64,000 nt of DNA from a virus. The notes beneath the pieces are model-generated. The model saw only the letters and a program-made list of their open reading frames with translations, was not told the DNA's origin and made no database searches. Shown piece by piece: positions 36,167 through 46,271 of this stretch. The translations under genes and the position numbers were made by a program. Location of the stretch: the IMG/VR virus record IMGVR_UViG_3300044641_002725; one strand, given 5' to 3'. The first letter of the stretch is position 1. Each line of letters starts with the position of its first letter.

Positions 36167-36179
36167 GAGGAGATACAAA

Positions 36180-36683
36180 ATGGGACACACACCAATTCCC
36201 GCTATCTTTGGCGGACCAGGTTTTAAAGACTTTGATAAATTCTTTGTTGGTTTCGATGAGCAATTCAATCGTCTAGCAAAGATACATGATGACGTTACTA
36301 AAAACATTCCTAACTATCCACCTTACAACATTCGCAAGACTGGTGACAATACTTACGTCATTGAAATTGCTGTTGCTGGTTTTGGTAAACAAGAAATCGA
36401 TATCACTTTTGAAGACAACAAATTAATTGTTGCTGGTAGTACAAAAGATGATGCGGATAATTTCTTGTTTAGAGGCATTGCTAATCGTGCGTTCACTCGC
36501 ACATTTGCACTTGATGACCAAATCGAAATTCAAGATGCCGCTTTGATTAATGGCATGTTGAAGATTGCTTTGGAGCGAATCATTCCAGAACACAAGAAGC
36601 CTAAGAAGATTGAAGTTAAAGATGTTGAATCTAAAACTAAAAAATCTACTAAGCAATTTTTGACTGAGGATGATATGTTATGA
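36180..36683 (+). CDS. hsp20: Small heat-shock protein Hsp20 (IbpA-like)
   Basis: NYPPYNI, IEIAVAGF, RGIANRAFTRTF, NGMLKIALERIIPE. Confidence 0.96.
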   Translation: MGHTPIPAIFGGPGFKDFDKFFVGFDEQFNRLAKIHDDVTKNIPNYPPYNIRKTGDNTYVIEIAVAGFGKQEIDITFEDNKLIVAGSTKDDADNFLFRGIANRAFTRTFALDDQIEIQDAALINGMLKIALERIIPEHKKPKKIEVKDVESKTKKSTKQFLTEDDML

Positions 36684-36763
36684 AATTAGTGAAACAATTC
36701 TTCTTAGCATTACTTGAAGGAATTCAAGATGCAAAGAAACACAAAGCAGAGCGTTTTAAATAA
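36680..36763 (+). CDS. 27-aa peptide MKLVKQFFLALLEGIQDAKKHKAERFK
   Basis: ATGA overlap with hsp20 stop, GAGGA upstream, ends before terminator; not in ORF track. Confidence 0.5.
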   Translation: MKLVKQFFLALLEGIQDAKKHKAERFK

Positions 36764-36767
36764 CAGC

Positions 36768-36792
36768 ATGGGGGCGCAATGCCCCCATTTTT
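36768..36792 (+). terminator. Rho-independent terminator
   Basis: ATGGGGGC-GCAAT-GCCCCCAT-TTTT. Confidence 0.85.
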
Positions 36793-36809
36793 AATTATGG
36801 AGATATATT

Positions 36810-37115
36810 ATGCAAAATGAACTTAGAATTTTAAAATTAAGCACTGGTGAAGAAATTGTTGGCAACATTACAGAACGTAGTGGTGATTTAATTTCAATCG
36901 AAAATCCATGTGTGCTTGGAATCGGAATGAACTCAAGTGGTAAAGCAAGTCTTCAAATGCAACCTATGCTTATCTTTTCCGAACAGAAAAAGGTAGATAT
37001 CCTTCGTTCCAATATAATATATGATGTTTCGGTTGCACCAGAGATTGAAAACAAGTATAATGAGATATACGGCTCAGGTATAGTTATGCCTAAAAAACAA
37101 TCTATTATTATTTAA
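36810..37115 (+). CDS. Hypothetical protein (Sm-like beta-barrel pattern)
   Basis: LKLSTGEEIVG..IENP..YNEIYGSGIV; conserved before gp43. Confidence 0.65.
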   Translation: MQNELRILKLSTGEEIVGNITERSGDLISIENPCVLGIGMNSSGKASLQMQPMLIFSEQKKVDILRSNIIYDVSVAPEIENKYNEIYGSGIVMPKKQSIII

Positions 37116-39637
37116 TGAAATTTTACACACACTTCTCTAAACTTGGTAATCAAATTCTTGTTCGTGGCTACAAAGACGGCAGAAGATTTAACGAAAAGGT
37201 TGAATACAATCCAACATTGTATTTGCCTGCTGGAACTAAAGATGCTGAGTATCGAACACTAGATGGTCAATCGCTTGCGGCAGTATCGCAGGGCACAATG
37301 CGTGATGCTACCGAGTTTATGAAACGTTATGAAGATGTTGACAACTTCAAAGTTTATGGCTCAACAAACTTTCCTTATGTGTACATCAACGAAGCATATC
37401 CGGGCAAAGTAGATTACGATCCATCACAAATTAAGATTGCAAATATTGACATTGAGGTTGGTTCTGAAAATGGCTTTCCTGAACCTGAGTCTGCGAGTGA
37501 ACCAATTACTGCAATCACGTTCAAGATAGCTGAACACTTCTATGTGTTTGGCTGTGGCGACTACGATAATAATCGTGATGACGTAACATATACGAAGTGT
37601 CGTGATGAAAATAATCTCATCATGCGTTTTCTCGAAATGTGGGAACAAACATCTCCAGACATTGTGACTGGTTGGAATATTAAGTTTTTTGATATTCCAT
37701 ATCTGCACAATCGAATCAAACGACTTCTTGGTGAAGAAACAGTAAGGCGCCTGTCTCCTTGGAAAATGATTAGCGAAAGAATGTTGGGTAAAAATCCTGG
37801 AGGAACGACTGTTCTAAGTTTCAAAAAAGAAACGATTTATGAATTGTCTGGTATTGCCACACTTGACTATCTTGAGTTATATAAGAAGTTTACTTACTCA
37901 CAACAAGAAAGTTTTAGTCTTAATCACATTGCGTATCTTGAACTTGGTGAAAAGAAACTAGACTACTCAGAAGTTGAAAGTCTACATCAATTGTACAAAA
38001 CAAACTTTCAAAAGTTTATTGAATACAACATCCATGACGTTGAACTTGTGGATCGTATTGATGCAAAGATGCAATTGATTGACATGGCACTGGCGCTGGC
38101 ATACGATGCTAAAGTTAATTACAACGATGTGTTCACGCAGGTGCGTATGTGGGATACTCTGATTCATAATGATTTGATTGAACAGAATATTGTTGTGCCA
38201 CAAAATGCTCACACATCAAAAGATTCACAATTTGCTGGTGCTTATGTGAAAGATCCAATTGTTGGTATGCATGAATGGGTTGTCTCATTTGACTTGAACT
38301 CTTTGTATCCACACTTGATTATGCAATACAATATTTCACCAGAAACAATTGTTGAAGGTCGCCACACAAGTATCTCTATTGATAATTTGCTAGATGGTGA
38401 GTATCAGTCACAAGGTGAATATTGCATGGCAGCCAATGGACATTACTTCAAGCGGGACAAGCAAGGCTTCTTACCTGCTATGATGCAACGCATGTATGAT
38501 GATCGATCATTGTATAAAAAGAAAATGATTGAAGCGCAGAAGGCATATGAAAAAGAAACAAACAAAGAACGTAAACGTGAACTGACAAATCAGATTTCAA
38601 AGTACAAGAACTTGCAGTTGGCAAAGAAAGTACAATTGAACTCCGCTTATGGTGCCCTTGGTAATCAATACTTTAGATTCTTTGATACTAGACAAGCAGA
38701 AGCAATTACTTTGTCTGGTCAACTTGCCATTCGCTGGATCGAAAAGAAGTTAAATGGTTATCTAAACAAACTATTGAAAACTAAGGATATTGATTATGTT
38801 ATCGCATCGGATACGGACTCTGTATACGTCAATCTTGGTCCGCTGGTACATATGGTCTACGGATCGAAGAGTGAAACGAAAATTGAAACGATTGTTGATT
38901 TCGTTGACAAAGCGTGTACCGAAAAGTTTGAACCATTCATCGACAAGTCATACCAAGAACTAGCAGACTACATGAATTCATTCGAGCAGAAAATGCAGAT
39001 GAAGCGTGAAGTGATTGCCAACAAAGGTATCTGGACTGCAAAGAAGCGTTACATTCTAAACGTGTATGATTCTGAAGGCGTTCGTTTCGCAGAACCAAAA
39101 CTAAAGATGATGGGTATTGAAGCTGTCAAGTCTTCTACACCAATGTCGTGTCGTGATAAAATTAAAGAGTCTCTGAAGATTGTGATGAATGGTAATGAAG
39201 CAGAGTTTCAAACTTTTGTTGAAGCGTTCAAACAAGAATTCAAAACTCTTCCATTTGAAGACATTGCATTCCCACGAGGTGTTAGTGATCTATCTAAATA
39301 CATGAGTAGTTCGGAACTATATTCAAAGGGCACACCTATGCATGTGCGTGGTGCGATAATGTTTAATTCATTTCTGAAAAAGTATAAACTGACTAAGAAG
39401 TATCAACTTATTCAAGATGGCGATAAGACTAAATTCTGTTACATGAAAGTTCCAAATCCAGTTCAAGAAAATGTATTTTCTATTCTGACTGTCTTGCCTA
39501 AAGAATTTGGCGTAGAAAAATATATCGACTACGATACGCAGTTTGATAAAGCATATCTTGATCCATTAAAAACAATCGTAAACACAATTGGTTGGAGAAC
39601 TGAACGTGTTTCTTCATTGGAGAGTTTTTTCGCATGA
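37115..39637 (+). CDS. gp43: DNA polymerase, family B
   Basis: DIEV, GWNIKFFD exo motifs; SFDLNSLYP, KVQLNSAYG, SDTDS, KKRY. Confidence 0.99.
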   Translation: MKFYTHFSKLGNQILVRGYKDGRRFNEKVEYNPTLYLPAGTKDAEYRTLDGQSLAAVSQGTMRDATEFMKRYEDVDNFKVYGSTNFPYVYINEAYPGKVDYDPSQIKIANIDIEVGSENGFPEPESASEPITAITFKIAEHFYVFGCGDYDNNRDDVTYTKCRDENNLIMRFLEMWEQTSPDIVTGWNIKFFDIPYLHNRIKRLLGEETVRRLSPWKMISERMLGKNPGGTTVLSFKKETIYELSGIATLDYLELYKKFTYSQQESFSLNHIAYLELGEKKLDYSEVESLHQLYKTNFQKFIEYNIHDVELVDRIDAKMQLIDMALALAYDAKVNYNDVFTQVRMWDTLIHNDLIEQNIVVPQNAHTSKDSQFAGAYVKDPIVGMHEWVVSFDLNSLYPHLIMQYNISPETIVEGRHTSISIDNLLDGEYQSQGEYCMAANGHYFKRDKQGFLPAMMQRMYDDRSLYKKKMIEAQKAYEKETNKERKRELTNQISKYKNLQLAKKVQLNSAYGALGNQYFRFFDTRQAEAITLSGQLAIRWIEKKLNGYLNKLLKTKDIDYVIASDTDSVYVNLGPLVHMVYGSKSETKIETIVDFVDKACTEKFEPFIDKSYQELADYMNSFEQKMQMKREVIANKGIWTAKKRYILNVYDSEGVRFAEPKLKMMGIEAVKSSTPMSCRDKIKESLKIVMNGNEAEFQTFVEAFKQEFKTLPFEDIAFPRGVSDLSKYMSSSELYSKGTPMHVRGAIMFNSFLKKYKLTKKYQLIQDGDKTKFCYMKVPNPVQENVFSILTVLPKEFGVEKYIDYDTQFDKAYLDPLKTIVNTIGWRTERVSSLESFFA

Positions 39638-40044
39638 CAACAAGAAAAATACCGCAAGAGTATCTTGCATTCAGACAACAAGATGATTTTGGTTTTAGTG
39701 CAATTGATGAATCAGAAGTCAATAGAACAGTTGACCCAAGCACACTAGAAGAAACTATTATTGTACGTGAAACAATAACACAATCTTCAGAATCTCTACA
39801 AAGAGTTGAAGATAAACTAGATCAAGTGCTTGCATTATATAATGATGGTAAACTTGGACTAGATGCAGAACGTGATAAGATGGAAGATGAAGTAAAAGAA
39901 AATCTTAAAACGTTAGAACAGTTAATTATGCCATTGCTAGTTAACTTGATGAAGAATCCCGAAAAAGAATACATCTACTGGCCCAATCGTACCGCAAAGA
40001 TTCAAGAACAAATTGATAAAGTGCTGTCATTGACTAGAGGATGA
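39634..40044 (+). CDS. Conserved hypothetical protein
   Basis: DDFGFSAIDE, IMPLLVNLMKNPEKEYIYWPNR. Confidence 0.7.
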   Translation: MTTRKIPQEYLAFRQQDDFGFSAIDESEVNRTVDPSTLEETIIVRETITQSSESLQRVEDKLDQVLALYNDGKLGLDAERDKMEDEVKENLKTLEQLIMPLLVNLMKNPEKEYIYWPNRTAKIQEQIDKVLSLTRG

Positions 40045-40058
40045 TTTTATGTTATACT
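40030..40058 (+). promoter_or_regulatory. Sigma70-type promoter for uvsX
   Basis: TTGACT-17 nt-TATACT with extended -10 TG. Confidence 0.75.
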
Positions 40059-40081
40059 ATGTTTTTATGGAGAGATAATTT

Positions 40082-41152
40082 ATGAGCAATTTTTTTACAG
40101 ATTTAGTTGACCAATTGAAAGATGAAGACACTAAGATTTTATCTGATGGTGGCGCATCTGCTGAGTATAGTGGTTGTATTGATACGGGTTCGTATGCATT
40201 GAATGCTGTTCTATCGGGTAGCATCTATGGTGGTGTACCCAATAACAAAGTGACTGCATTCGCTGGTGAATCTTCAACTGGTAAAACATTCTTTGTGCTT
40301 GGTATTGTCAAACAATTCCTTGACGCAAATCCCGAAGGCGGTGTTATCTACTTTGATACTGAAGCCGCTGTCACAAAACATATGATGGAGTCACGTGGTG
40401 TAGATACTAAACGAGTTGTTATCTCTGAGCCAGATACGATTCAAAAGTTTCGTCATACTGCATTGCAAATCATTGAGAAGTATCAAGCACAAGCAGAATC
40501 AAAGCGTAAGCCAATGATGATGGTTCTTGATTCACTTGGTCAGTTGTCTTCTACAAAAGAAATGGAAGATACTGCTGAAGGTAAAGAAACAAAAGATATG
40601 ACCAAGAGTCAAATTCTCAAAGCAACATTTCGTGTATTAAATTTGAAACTTGCTAAGATTGGTGTGCCTTTGCTTGTAACGAATCACGTTTATGATGTTG
40701 TTGGTGCATACGTTCCAACTAAAGAAATGTCTGGTGGTTCTGGCTTGAAATACACAGCATCAACAATCGTTTACTTGTCTAAGCGTAAAGACAAAGATGG
40801 CACAGCAGTTGTCGGCAATATCGTTCGTTGCAAGTTGCAGAAGTCACGTTTGACTAAAGAGAACTCTCAAGTTGAAGTGAAGATTACGTATAGCACAGGG
40901 CTTGATAGATACTTTGGCTTGCTTGAAATTGCAGAGAAGTATGGCATCATCAAGAAAGTGTCTACACGATATGAACTTGCTAATGGCACTAAAGTATTTG
41001 GCAAGAACATCAACGAAGAGCCAGAAAAGTATTTCACACCTGATATCTTAGCATTGATTGACGAAGCATGTAAAAAAGAATTTTTATATGGTCAAGATGC
41101 AGTTGAGGGCGTTGTCGATGAAGAAGAATTGGAGTTGGCAAGTGAAGATTGA
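40082..41152 (+). CDS. uvsX: RecA-like recombinase UvsX
   Basis: [36 protein letters not shown]. Confidence 0.97.
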   Translation: MSNFFTDLVDQLKDEDTKILSDGGASAEYSGCIDTGSYALNAVLSGSIYGGVPNNKVTAFAGESSTGKTFFVLGIVKQFLDANPEGGVIYFDTEAAVTKHMMESRGVDTKRVVISEPDTIQKFRHTALQIIEKYQAQAESKRKPMMMVLDSLGQLSSTKEMEDTAEGKETKDMTKSQILKATFRVLNLKLAKIGVPLLVTNHVYDVVGAYVPTKEMSGGSGLKYTASTIVYLSKRKDKDGTAVVGNIVRCKLQKSRLTKENSQVEVKITYSTGLDRYFGLLEIAEKYGIIKKVSTRYELANGTKVFGKNINEEPEKYFTPDILALIDEACKKEFLYGQDAVEGVVDEEELELASED

Positions 41153-41486
41153 AGAAACTTACGAAATCACCGAAAGCGATATCAGATACAAAGATAAAGA
41201 TGTTGTCGCAACAATTAGAATTACTGATGGTGATTTTAAAGGAACAGTATTTCATTTTGGTGAGATTAATTTTGCCGATGAAGAAAACCCTGACGGAACC
41301 TATTCAATTGGCTTCAACTATGATATAATAAGTGAAGAACACAAAGAACTCAAAGGTAATGATGTATTTGAATCATATCTTGGTGAGGTTTTAAATGACT
41401 TGCTGAAACACGCATTAGACGAAGCAGAGAAAAGGTATAAGAATGAACTTGGAACAAAAAATACTCAAACACCTATTACTGGATGA
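41142..41486 (+). CDS. Hypothetical protein, gp40-like by position
   Basis: Between uvsX and gp41; GTG start after GGAG. Confidence 0.5.
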   Translation: MKIEETYEITESDIRYKDKDVVATIRITDGDFKGTVFHFGEINFADEENPDGTYSIGFNYDIISEEHKELKGNDVFESYLGEVLNDLLKHALDEAEKRYKNELGTKNTQTPITG

Positions 41487-42858
41487 AGAGTATACACGAA
41501 AAACATTACCATTTATTAAAGGTGAATATTTTCAAGAACCATCAGAAAAACTTTTGTTCGATGAGATTCAAACTTACGTAAACAAGTACAACTCAATGCC
41601 AACGAAAGAAGCGTTGGTCATTGAGATTGATAAGAGAGTAAACTTAACTGATGACCAACACAAGAAAACTGTTGCGCTTATCAAATCAATTACAATTGAT
41701 CCTGAAGTATCAGACACTAAATGGCTGATCGATGTAACAGAAGATTTCTGCCAAGAAAAAGCTATCTACAATGGCATCATGCAGAGTATTCAGATTCTTG
41801 ATGACAAAAACAAGAACAATACAGAAAAACTTGATAAGGGTTCAATCCCTAAAATTCTAGCAGATGCGCTTTCAGTTTCTTTTGATAATCACATTGGTCA
41901 CGATTTTATTGATGACGCAGAAACACGATATGACTTCTATCATAAAGTTGAAAAACGAATCCCATTCGACCTCGACTATCTGAACAGAATCACTAAAGGT
42001 GGGCTTGCAGAAAAATCTTTGAACATTGTTCTTGCTGGTACTGGTGTTGGTAAATCTTTGTTCATGTGTCATTGTGCCGCAGCCAATCTGACGATGGGTA
42101 AGAACGTTCTCTATATCACAATGGAAATGGCTGAAGAACGTATTGCAGAACGTATCGATGCTAACTTGATGAATGTTGAACTTGACAGACTGATCGGCAT
42201 GCCTAAAGAAACATACTTGAAGAAAGTTGAATCTCTACGTGAGAAGACTAAAGGCAAACTAATCATCAAAGAATATCCAACCGCTAGTGCAAACGTAAAT
42301 CACTTCTCGCATTTGTTGAATGAATTAAAATTGAAACGACAATTCATTCCCGATATCATCTACATTGACTATTTGAATATTTGTTCTTCCGCACGTATGA
42401 AGATGGGTTCTTCTATTAACTCTTACACATACATCAAAGCTATTGCAGAAGAATTGCGTGGTCTTGCAGTTGAACATAAAGTGCCTGTCGTATCAGCTAC
42501 ACAAACAACAAGAAGTGGTTACACAAACTCTGACGTTGGACTTGAAGATACTTCAGAATCTTTTGGTCTGCCAGCTACAGCCGACTTGATGTTTGCTTTG
42601 ATTTCAACCGAAGAACTTGCAGACTTGAATCAGATTATGGTCAAGCAGTTAAAGAATCGATACAGCGATCCAACAACAAACAAACGTTTTGTAATTGGTG
42701 TTGACAGAGCCAAAATGAAACTCTATGATGCAGAAGAGTCAGCGCAAACTAACATTTCAGACAGTGGACAGATTGAAGAGGACAAACCCGTATTTGATAA
42801 GTCTGGTTTTGGCAAACGAATGCAGAAAAACCGAGATTTCGGTAATCTAAAGGTTTAA
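41443..42858 (+). CDS. gp41: Replicative helicase
   Basis: LAGTGVGKS, YITMEM, IDYLNI, SATQTTR, QLKNRY. Confidence 0.97.
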   Translation: MNLEQKILKHLLLDEEYTRKTLPFIKGEYFQEPSEKLLFDEIQTYVNKYNSMPTKEALVIEIDKRVNLTDDQHKKTVALIKSITIDPEVSDTKWLIDVTEDFCQEKAIYNGIMQSIQILDDKNKNNTEKLDKGSIPKILADALSVSFDNHIGHDFIDDAETRYDFYHKVEKRIPFDLDYLNRITKGGLAEKSLNIVLAGTGVGKSLFMCHCAAANLTMGKNVLYITMEMAEERIAERIDANLMNVELDRLIGMPKETYLKKVESLREKTKGKLIIKEYPTASANVNHFSHLLNELKLKRQFIPDIIYIDYLNICSSARMKMGSSINSYTYIKAIAEELRGLAVEHKVPVVSATQTTRSGYTNSDVGLEDTSESFGLPATADLMFALISTEELADLNQIMVKQLKNRYSDPTTNKRFVIGVDRAKMKLYDAEESAQTNISDSGQIEEDKPVFDKSGFGKRMQKNRDFGNLKV

Positions 42859-42898
42859 TTTCATGGTGTGAAATACCAGTCTTTTCACTAAATATGTG

Positions 42899-42927
42899 TT
42901 GACAGGATGCTATAATGGTGCTACAAT
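42899..42927 (+). promoter_or_regulatory. Sigma70-type promoter
   Basis: TTGACA-17 nt-TACAAT. Confidence 0.7.
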
Positions 42928-42951
42928 AAACATAAGATAGGAAAAGAAGCC

Positions 42952-43431
42952 ATGAAACTTATTCTCAGAGCAAAAGGGGTAGCATTAACGCCAAAAGAAA
43001 GAAAAATCTTAAAGATGGCTACGCATTTTTATGCTAGTCGTCTGATGAGTGAACGATTGTCGAATTCGTTAGAAATTGATATAAACATCATAAAAGATTT
43101 CTACACAAAAAACAAAATACTAGGCGAAGCATTTCCAAAAGATGATTGTCTTGGATTGCCTAGCAACAAAAAATTTGTAATTAATCTTGAATGGAGTAAA
43201 CTTGGCAAGCGTGTTTTACAATGCCTTGCACATGAGATGGTTCACGTAAAGCAATACGCTAAAGGTGAATTGAAATTCCATGAAAAAGGAAACATGGTAA
43301 CGTTCCAGCGAGAACAATACCAAGGCGATGAATATTGGGAATCACTATGGGAGATTGAAGCATATGGACGTGAAGTCGGACTCTATCAAAAATTTAGACC
43401 TACCTTTAAACTACTTAAAAAAGAAATTTGA
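42952..43431 (+). CDS. Zincin-like metallopeptidase
   Basis: LAHEMVHVKQY..WEIEAY. Confidence 0.75.
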   Translation: MKLILRAKGVALTPKERKILKMATHFYASRLMSERLSNSLEIDINIIKDFYTKNKILGEAFPKDDCLGLPSNKKFVINLEWSKLGKRVLQCLAHEMVHVKQYAKGELKFHEKGNMVTFQREQYQGDEYWESLWEIEAYGREVGLYQKFRPTFKLLKKEI

Positions 43432-43432
43432 A

Positions 43433-43720
43433 ATGATAAAAGTTACAGAATGGTATAATTGGATTGTACGTCAGTTTGGAGAAATCTGCGGTTGGATTGG
43501 ATTGATTCTAATTCATGGTTCTACAGTACCAGTAACGTACTTAGCAATTCAAGGTGAACCTACCATATTACCACCATTAAGCATGGTGATTCTAATTTGG
43601 TCAGGTTTGTTGCTATTCTTCATTCGATCTGCTATAATGAAAGATAAGTTATACATGTTATCAAACGGTATTGGATTTTTCATGCAAAGTATTATGTTAG
43701 CATTCTTGGTGTTAAAATGA
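43433..43720 (+). CDS. Small membrane protein (about 3 TM helices)
   Basis: Three hydrophobic segments; ATG 43433. Confidence 0.65.
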   Translation: MIKVTEWYNWIVRQFGEICGWIGLILIHGSTVPVTYLAIQGEPTILPPLSMVILIWSGLLLFFIRSAIMKDKLYMLSNGIGFFMQSIMLAFLVLK

Positions 43721-43914
43721 GTGTAGACAGTATCAGAGCATACAATGATAAAATGTATAATCAGCTTCTACTCAATAAAACTGATAGAAGAATTGATGAA
43801 CTACGTTTGGAAGAACGTAGAGTTAAACATCTACGTGAAGTGTCAGAACAAGCACGTATTGAAATGAATCGTAGAATGAATCGTCCTGGACAGAATGTAG
43901 ATAAATTATGCTGA
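43717..43914 (+). CDS. Hypothetical protein
   Basis: Coupled ORF; GQNVDKLC ending. Confidence 0.55.
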   Translation: MSVDSIRAYNDKMYNQLLLNKTDRRIDELRLEERRVKHLREVSEQARIEMNRRMNRPGQNVDKLC

Positions 43915-44246
43915 TTTACACATATCAAAAATCAAAGAAGAAAAAAACTCCTGCAAAGAAAGTTGCAGAGTATGAGACTTGGCTAAAGAATCTTCCTACC
44001 ACTTCATTCTCTAAAGGCACCAAAAAGCCTAAGACAGTAGAAGCATACAAACCACCAAAAGCACACATTCGTGAAACGCCTAACTATCCTAGTTTAGCTA
44101 CGGCTGGTGACAATTGCACTAAGCCTATTCATGGCAAAGTCTATACCGGCGACAAGATGATTGGCATCGGCACACTACACAAAAGCAATGCAGTTCCTAT
44201 TTTCTCTGATGATGACGCAAAAGACCAGGCATTGATGCGAAGATAA
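43908..44246 (+). CDS. Conserved hypothetical basic protein
   Basis: YTGDKMIGIGTLHKSNAVPIF motif common in T4-like phages. Confidence 0.7.
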   Translation: MLIYTYQKSKKKKTPAKKVAEYETWLKNLPTTSFSKGTKKPKTVEAYKPPKAHIRETPNYPSLATAGDNCTKPIHGKVYTGDKMIGIGTLHKSNAVPIFSDDDAKDQALMRR

Positions 44247-44247
44247 T

Positions 44248-44255
44248 TATAAATA
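44248..44255 (+). promoter_or_regulatory. Late promoter TATAAATA
   Basis: Exact motif 26 nt before ORF 44281. Confidence 0.8.
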
Positions 44256-44280
44256 GGTCTATAGCAACGACAGACCTATT

Positions 44281-45507
44281 ATGTTTAAATTTAAAGAATA
44301 TCTTATTGAGAAGAAAAACACTCACATGGAACATGCGGAAGACGATGTTCTGAATGGTGGTGTTGAAGGAACTAGAGATAGCATAAACGCACTCAGAGCG
44401 GTGCGTGATATGCTTGCTGGACATTCCAAAAACAAAGTTGACATTTCAGTCAAGTGGGATGGTGCGCCAGCAGTCTTTGCAGGACAAGACCCAACAGACG
44501 GCAAATTCTTTGTTGCGAAGAAGGGTGTCTTCAATAAAAATCCCAAAGTATACAAAACTCCAGCAGAAGTTGATGCGGACACATCTGGTGATTTAGCAGA
44601 CAAACTCAAAGCATGTTTGATGTATTTGCCTAAGATCAACATCAAAGGCGTTATTCAAGGCGACTTGCTATTCACACAAGCAGACTTGAAGACAGAAACA
44701 ATCGAAGGTGAATCATACGTCACGTTTCACCCAAACACCCTAGTCTATGCAGTACCGTCAGAAAGTGATCTTGCTAGAGAGATAAAACGTGCTAAAATTG
44801 GAATTGTCTGGCACACATTTTACGAAGGCGATACATTCGAAACAATGTCAGCAGTCTTCGGCAAAGACATTCTAAGTACACTCACAAAGACACCAAACGT
44901 TTGGATGACAAGTGCAGTCTATCAAGACGTATCGGGCAAAGCTACGTTGACACAATCAGAGACAGACCAAGTCACAGCAATTCTATCTGAAGCAGGAAAG
45001 ATATTCAGAAAGCTAGATGCACCAACACTAAACTACATCAATACAGACGAAGACTTGATTGAAAGAATCAAGACATTCAACAATTCAAAAGTACGTCAGC
45101 AGTTGAAAATCACTAACGTCAAGACACACGTTGCCGAGTTGATTCAATACATAGAAGATTACTACGAGAAACAAGCTGAAGGCAAAGGTGAACGTGGTCG
45201 TGCTACTCAGATGTTGAAGAAAAGCAAAGTGCTTAAATTCTTCTCACCAAAAAACAAATCACACTTAGAAGATATTTTCACAATGATGAATCTCTTAGCA
45301 GAAGCTAAGTTAATTTTGATTAAGAAGATGGATGAAGTCAAGACGCTGAATACTTTCTTGTTGACAAAGAAAGGTTACGAAGTGACTGGTGTTGAGGGTT
45401 ATGTTGCAATTGACAAGATCAAAGGCAATGCAGTCAAGTTAGTTGACAGAATGCAATTCAGCTACGCAAACTTCTCACCAGATATTATCAAAGGCTGGCA
45501 GAGATAA
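44281..45507 (+). CDS. Conserved phage protein with ATP-dependent ligase-like motifs and CTS-like N-terminus
   Basis: SVKWDG (motif I), QGDLLF, EGYV, VKLV; MFKFKEYLIE. Confidence 0.6.
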   Translation: MFKFKEYLIEKKNTHMEHAEDDVLNGGVEGTRDSINALRAVRDMLAGHSKNKVDISVKWDGAPAVFAGQDPTDGKFFVAKKGVFNKNPKVYKTPAEVDADTSGDLADKLKACLMYLPKINIKGVIQGDLLFTQADLKTETIEGESYVTFHPNTLVYAVPSESDLAREIKRAKIGIVWHTFYEGDTFETMSAVFGKDILSTLTKTPNVWMTSAVYQDVSGKATLTQSETDQVTAILSEAGKIFRKLDAPTLNYINTDEDLIERIKTFNNSKVRQQLKITNVKTHVAELIQYIEDYYEKQAEGKGERGRATQMLKKSKVLKFFSPKNKSHLEDIFTMMNLLAEAKLILIKKMDEVKTLNTFLLTKKGYEVTGVEGYVAIDKIKGNAVKLVDRMQFSYANFSPDIIKGWQR

Positions 45508-45573
45508 CGTATAGTCTAATCTGAAACCAGACACATTTATGTATACATTCGGTAACTGTATTTAACGGCAAAT

Positions 45574-45957
45574 ATGTCATATTCTCAAAAAGTTTTAGAT
45601 CACTATGAAAATCCCAGGAATGTCGGATCTTTTGACAAGACTGATGCTGATATTGGCACTGGTATTGTTGGCGCACCTGCTTGCGGTGATGTTATGAAAC
45701 TTCAAATTAAAGTAGAAGAAGGAATAATTATAGATGCAAAATTCAAAACGTATGGATGTGGAAGTGCAATTGCAAGTTCCAGTCTTGTCACAGAGTGGGT
45801 CAAGGGCAGAACACTTGACGAAGCAGGAAAGATATCTAATTCACAAATTGCTGAAGAACTTGCCTTACCACCGGTTAAAATTCATTGTTCAATACTTGCA
45901 GAAGATGCTATAAAGGCGGCTATAAATGATTACAATAACAGATGTTGCAAAGTCTAA
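45574..45957 (+). CDS. iscU: Fe-S cluster scaffold IscU
   Basis: YSQKVLDHYENPRNVG, APACGDVM, GCGSAIASSS, LPPVKIHC. Confidence 0.97.
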   Translation: MSYSQKVLDHYENPRNVGSFDKTDADIGTGIVGAPACGDVMKLQIKVEEGIIIDAKFKTYGCGSAIASSSLVTEWVKGRTLDEAGKISNSQIAEELALPPVKIHCSILAEDAIKAAINDYNNRCCKV

Positions 45958-46249
45958 AATCATAGACTTGTTACGAGAAGAAAACAATCCAAACATTTCA
46001 CTACGAACGTTTGTTGTGGGTGGTGGATGTTCTGGATTTAATTACGGATTTACAATGGACGAAGTTAAGAATGAAGATGATTTTGAATTTCCTCTAGATG
46101 AATTCAGAGTCTTAGTTGATGCAATGAGTATGCAATATTTACAAGATGCAAACATAGACTACAAAGATGAGTTTATGCGAAAAGAATTTGTGATTACTAA
46201 TCCAAATGCAAAACATACTTGCGGTTGTGGCAGTAGTTTTAGTGTATAA
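45926..46249 (+). CDS. erpA: A-type Fe-S carrier (ErpA/IscA family)
   Basis: GGGCSGFNYGF, VDAMSMQYL, NPNAKHTCGCGSSF. Confidence 0.88.
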   Translation: MITITDVAKSKIIDLLREENNPNISLRTFVVGGGCSGFNYGFTMDEVKNEDDFEFPLDEFRVLVDAMSMQYLQDANIDYKDEFMRKEFVITNPNAKHTCGCGSSFSV

Positions 46250-46271
46250 TAATTAAAAGACGGAGAGTAAT

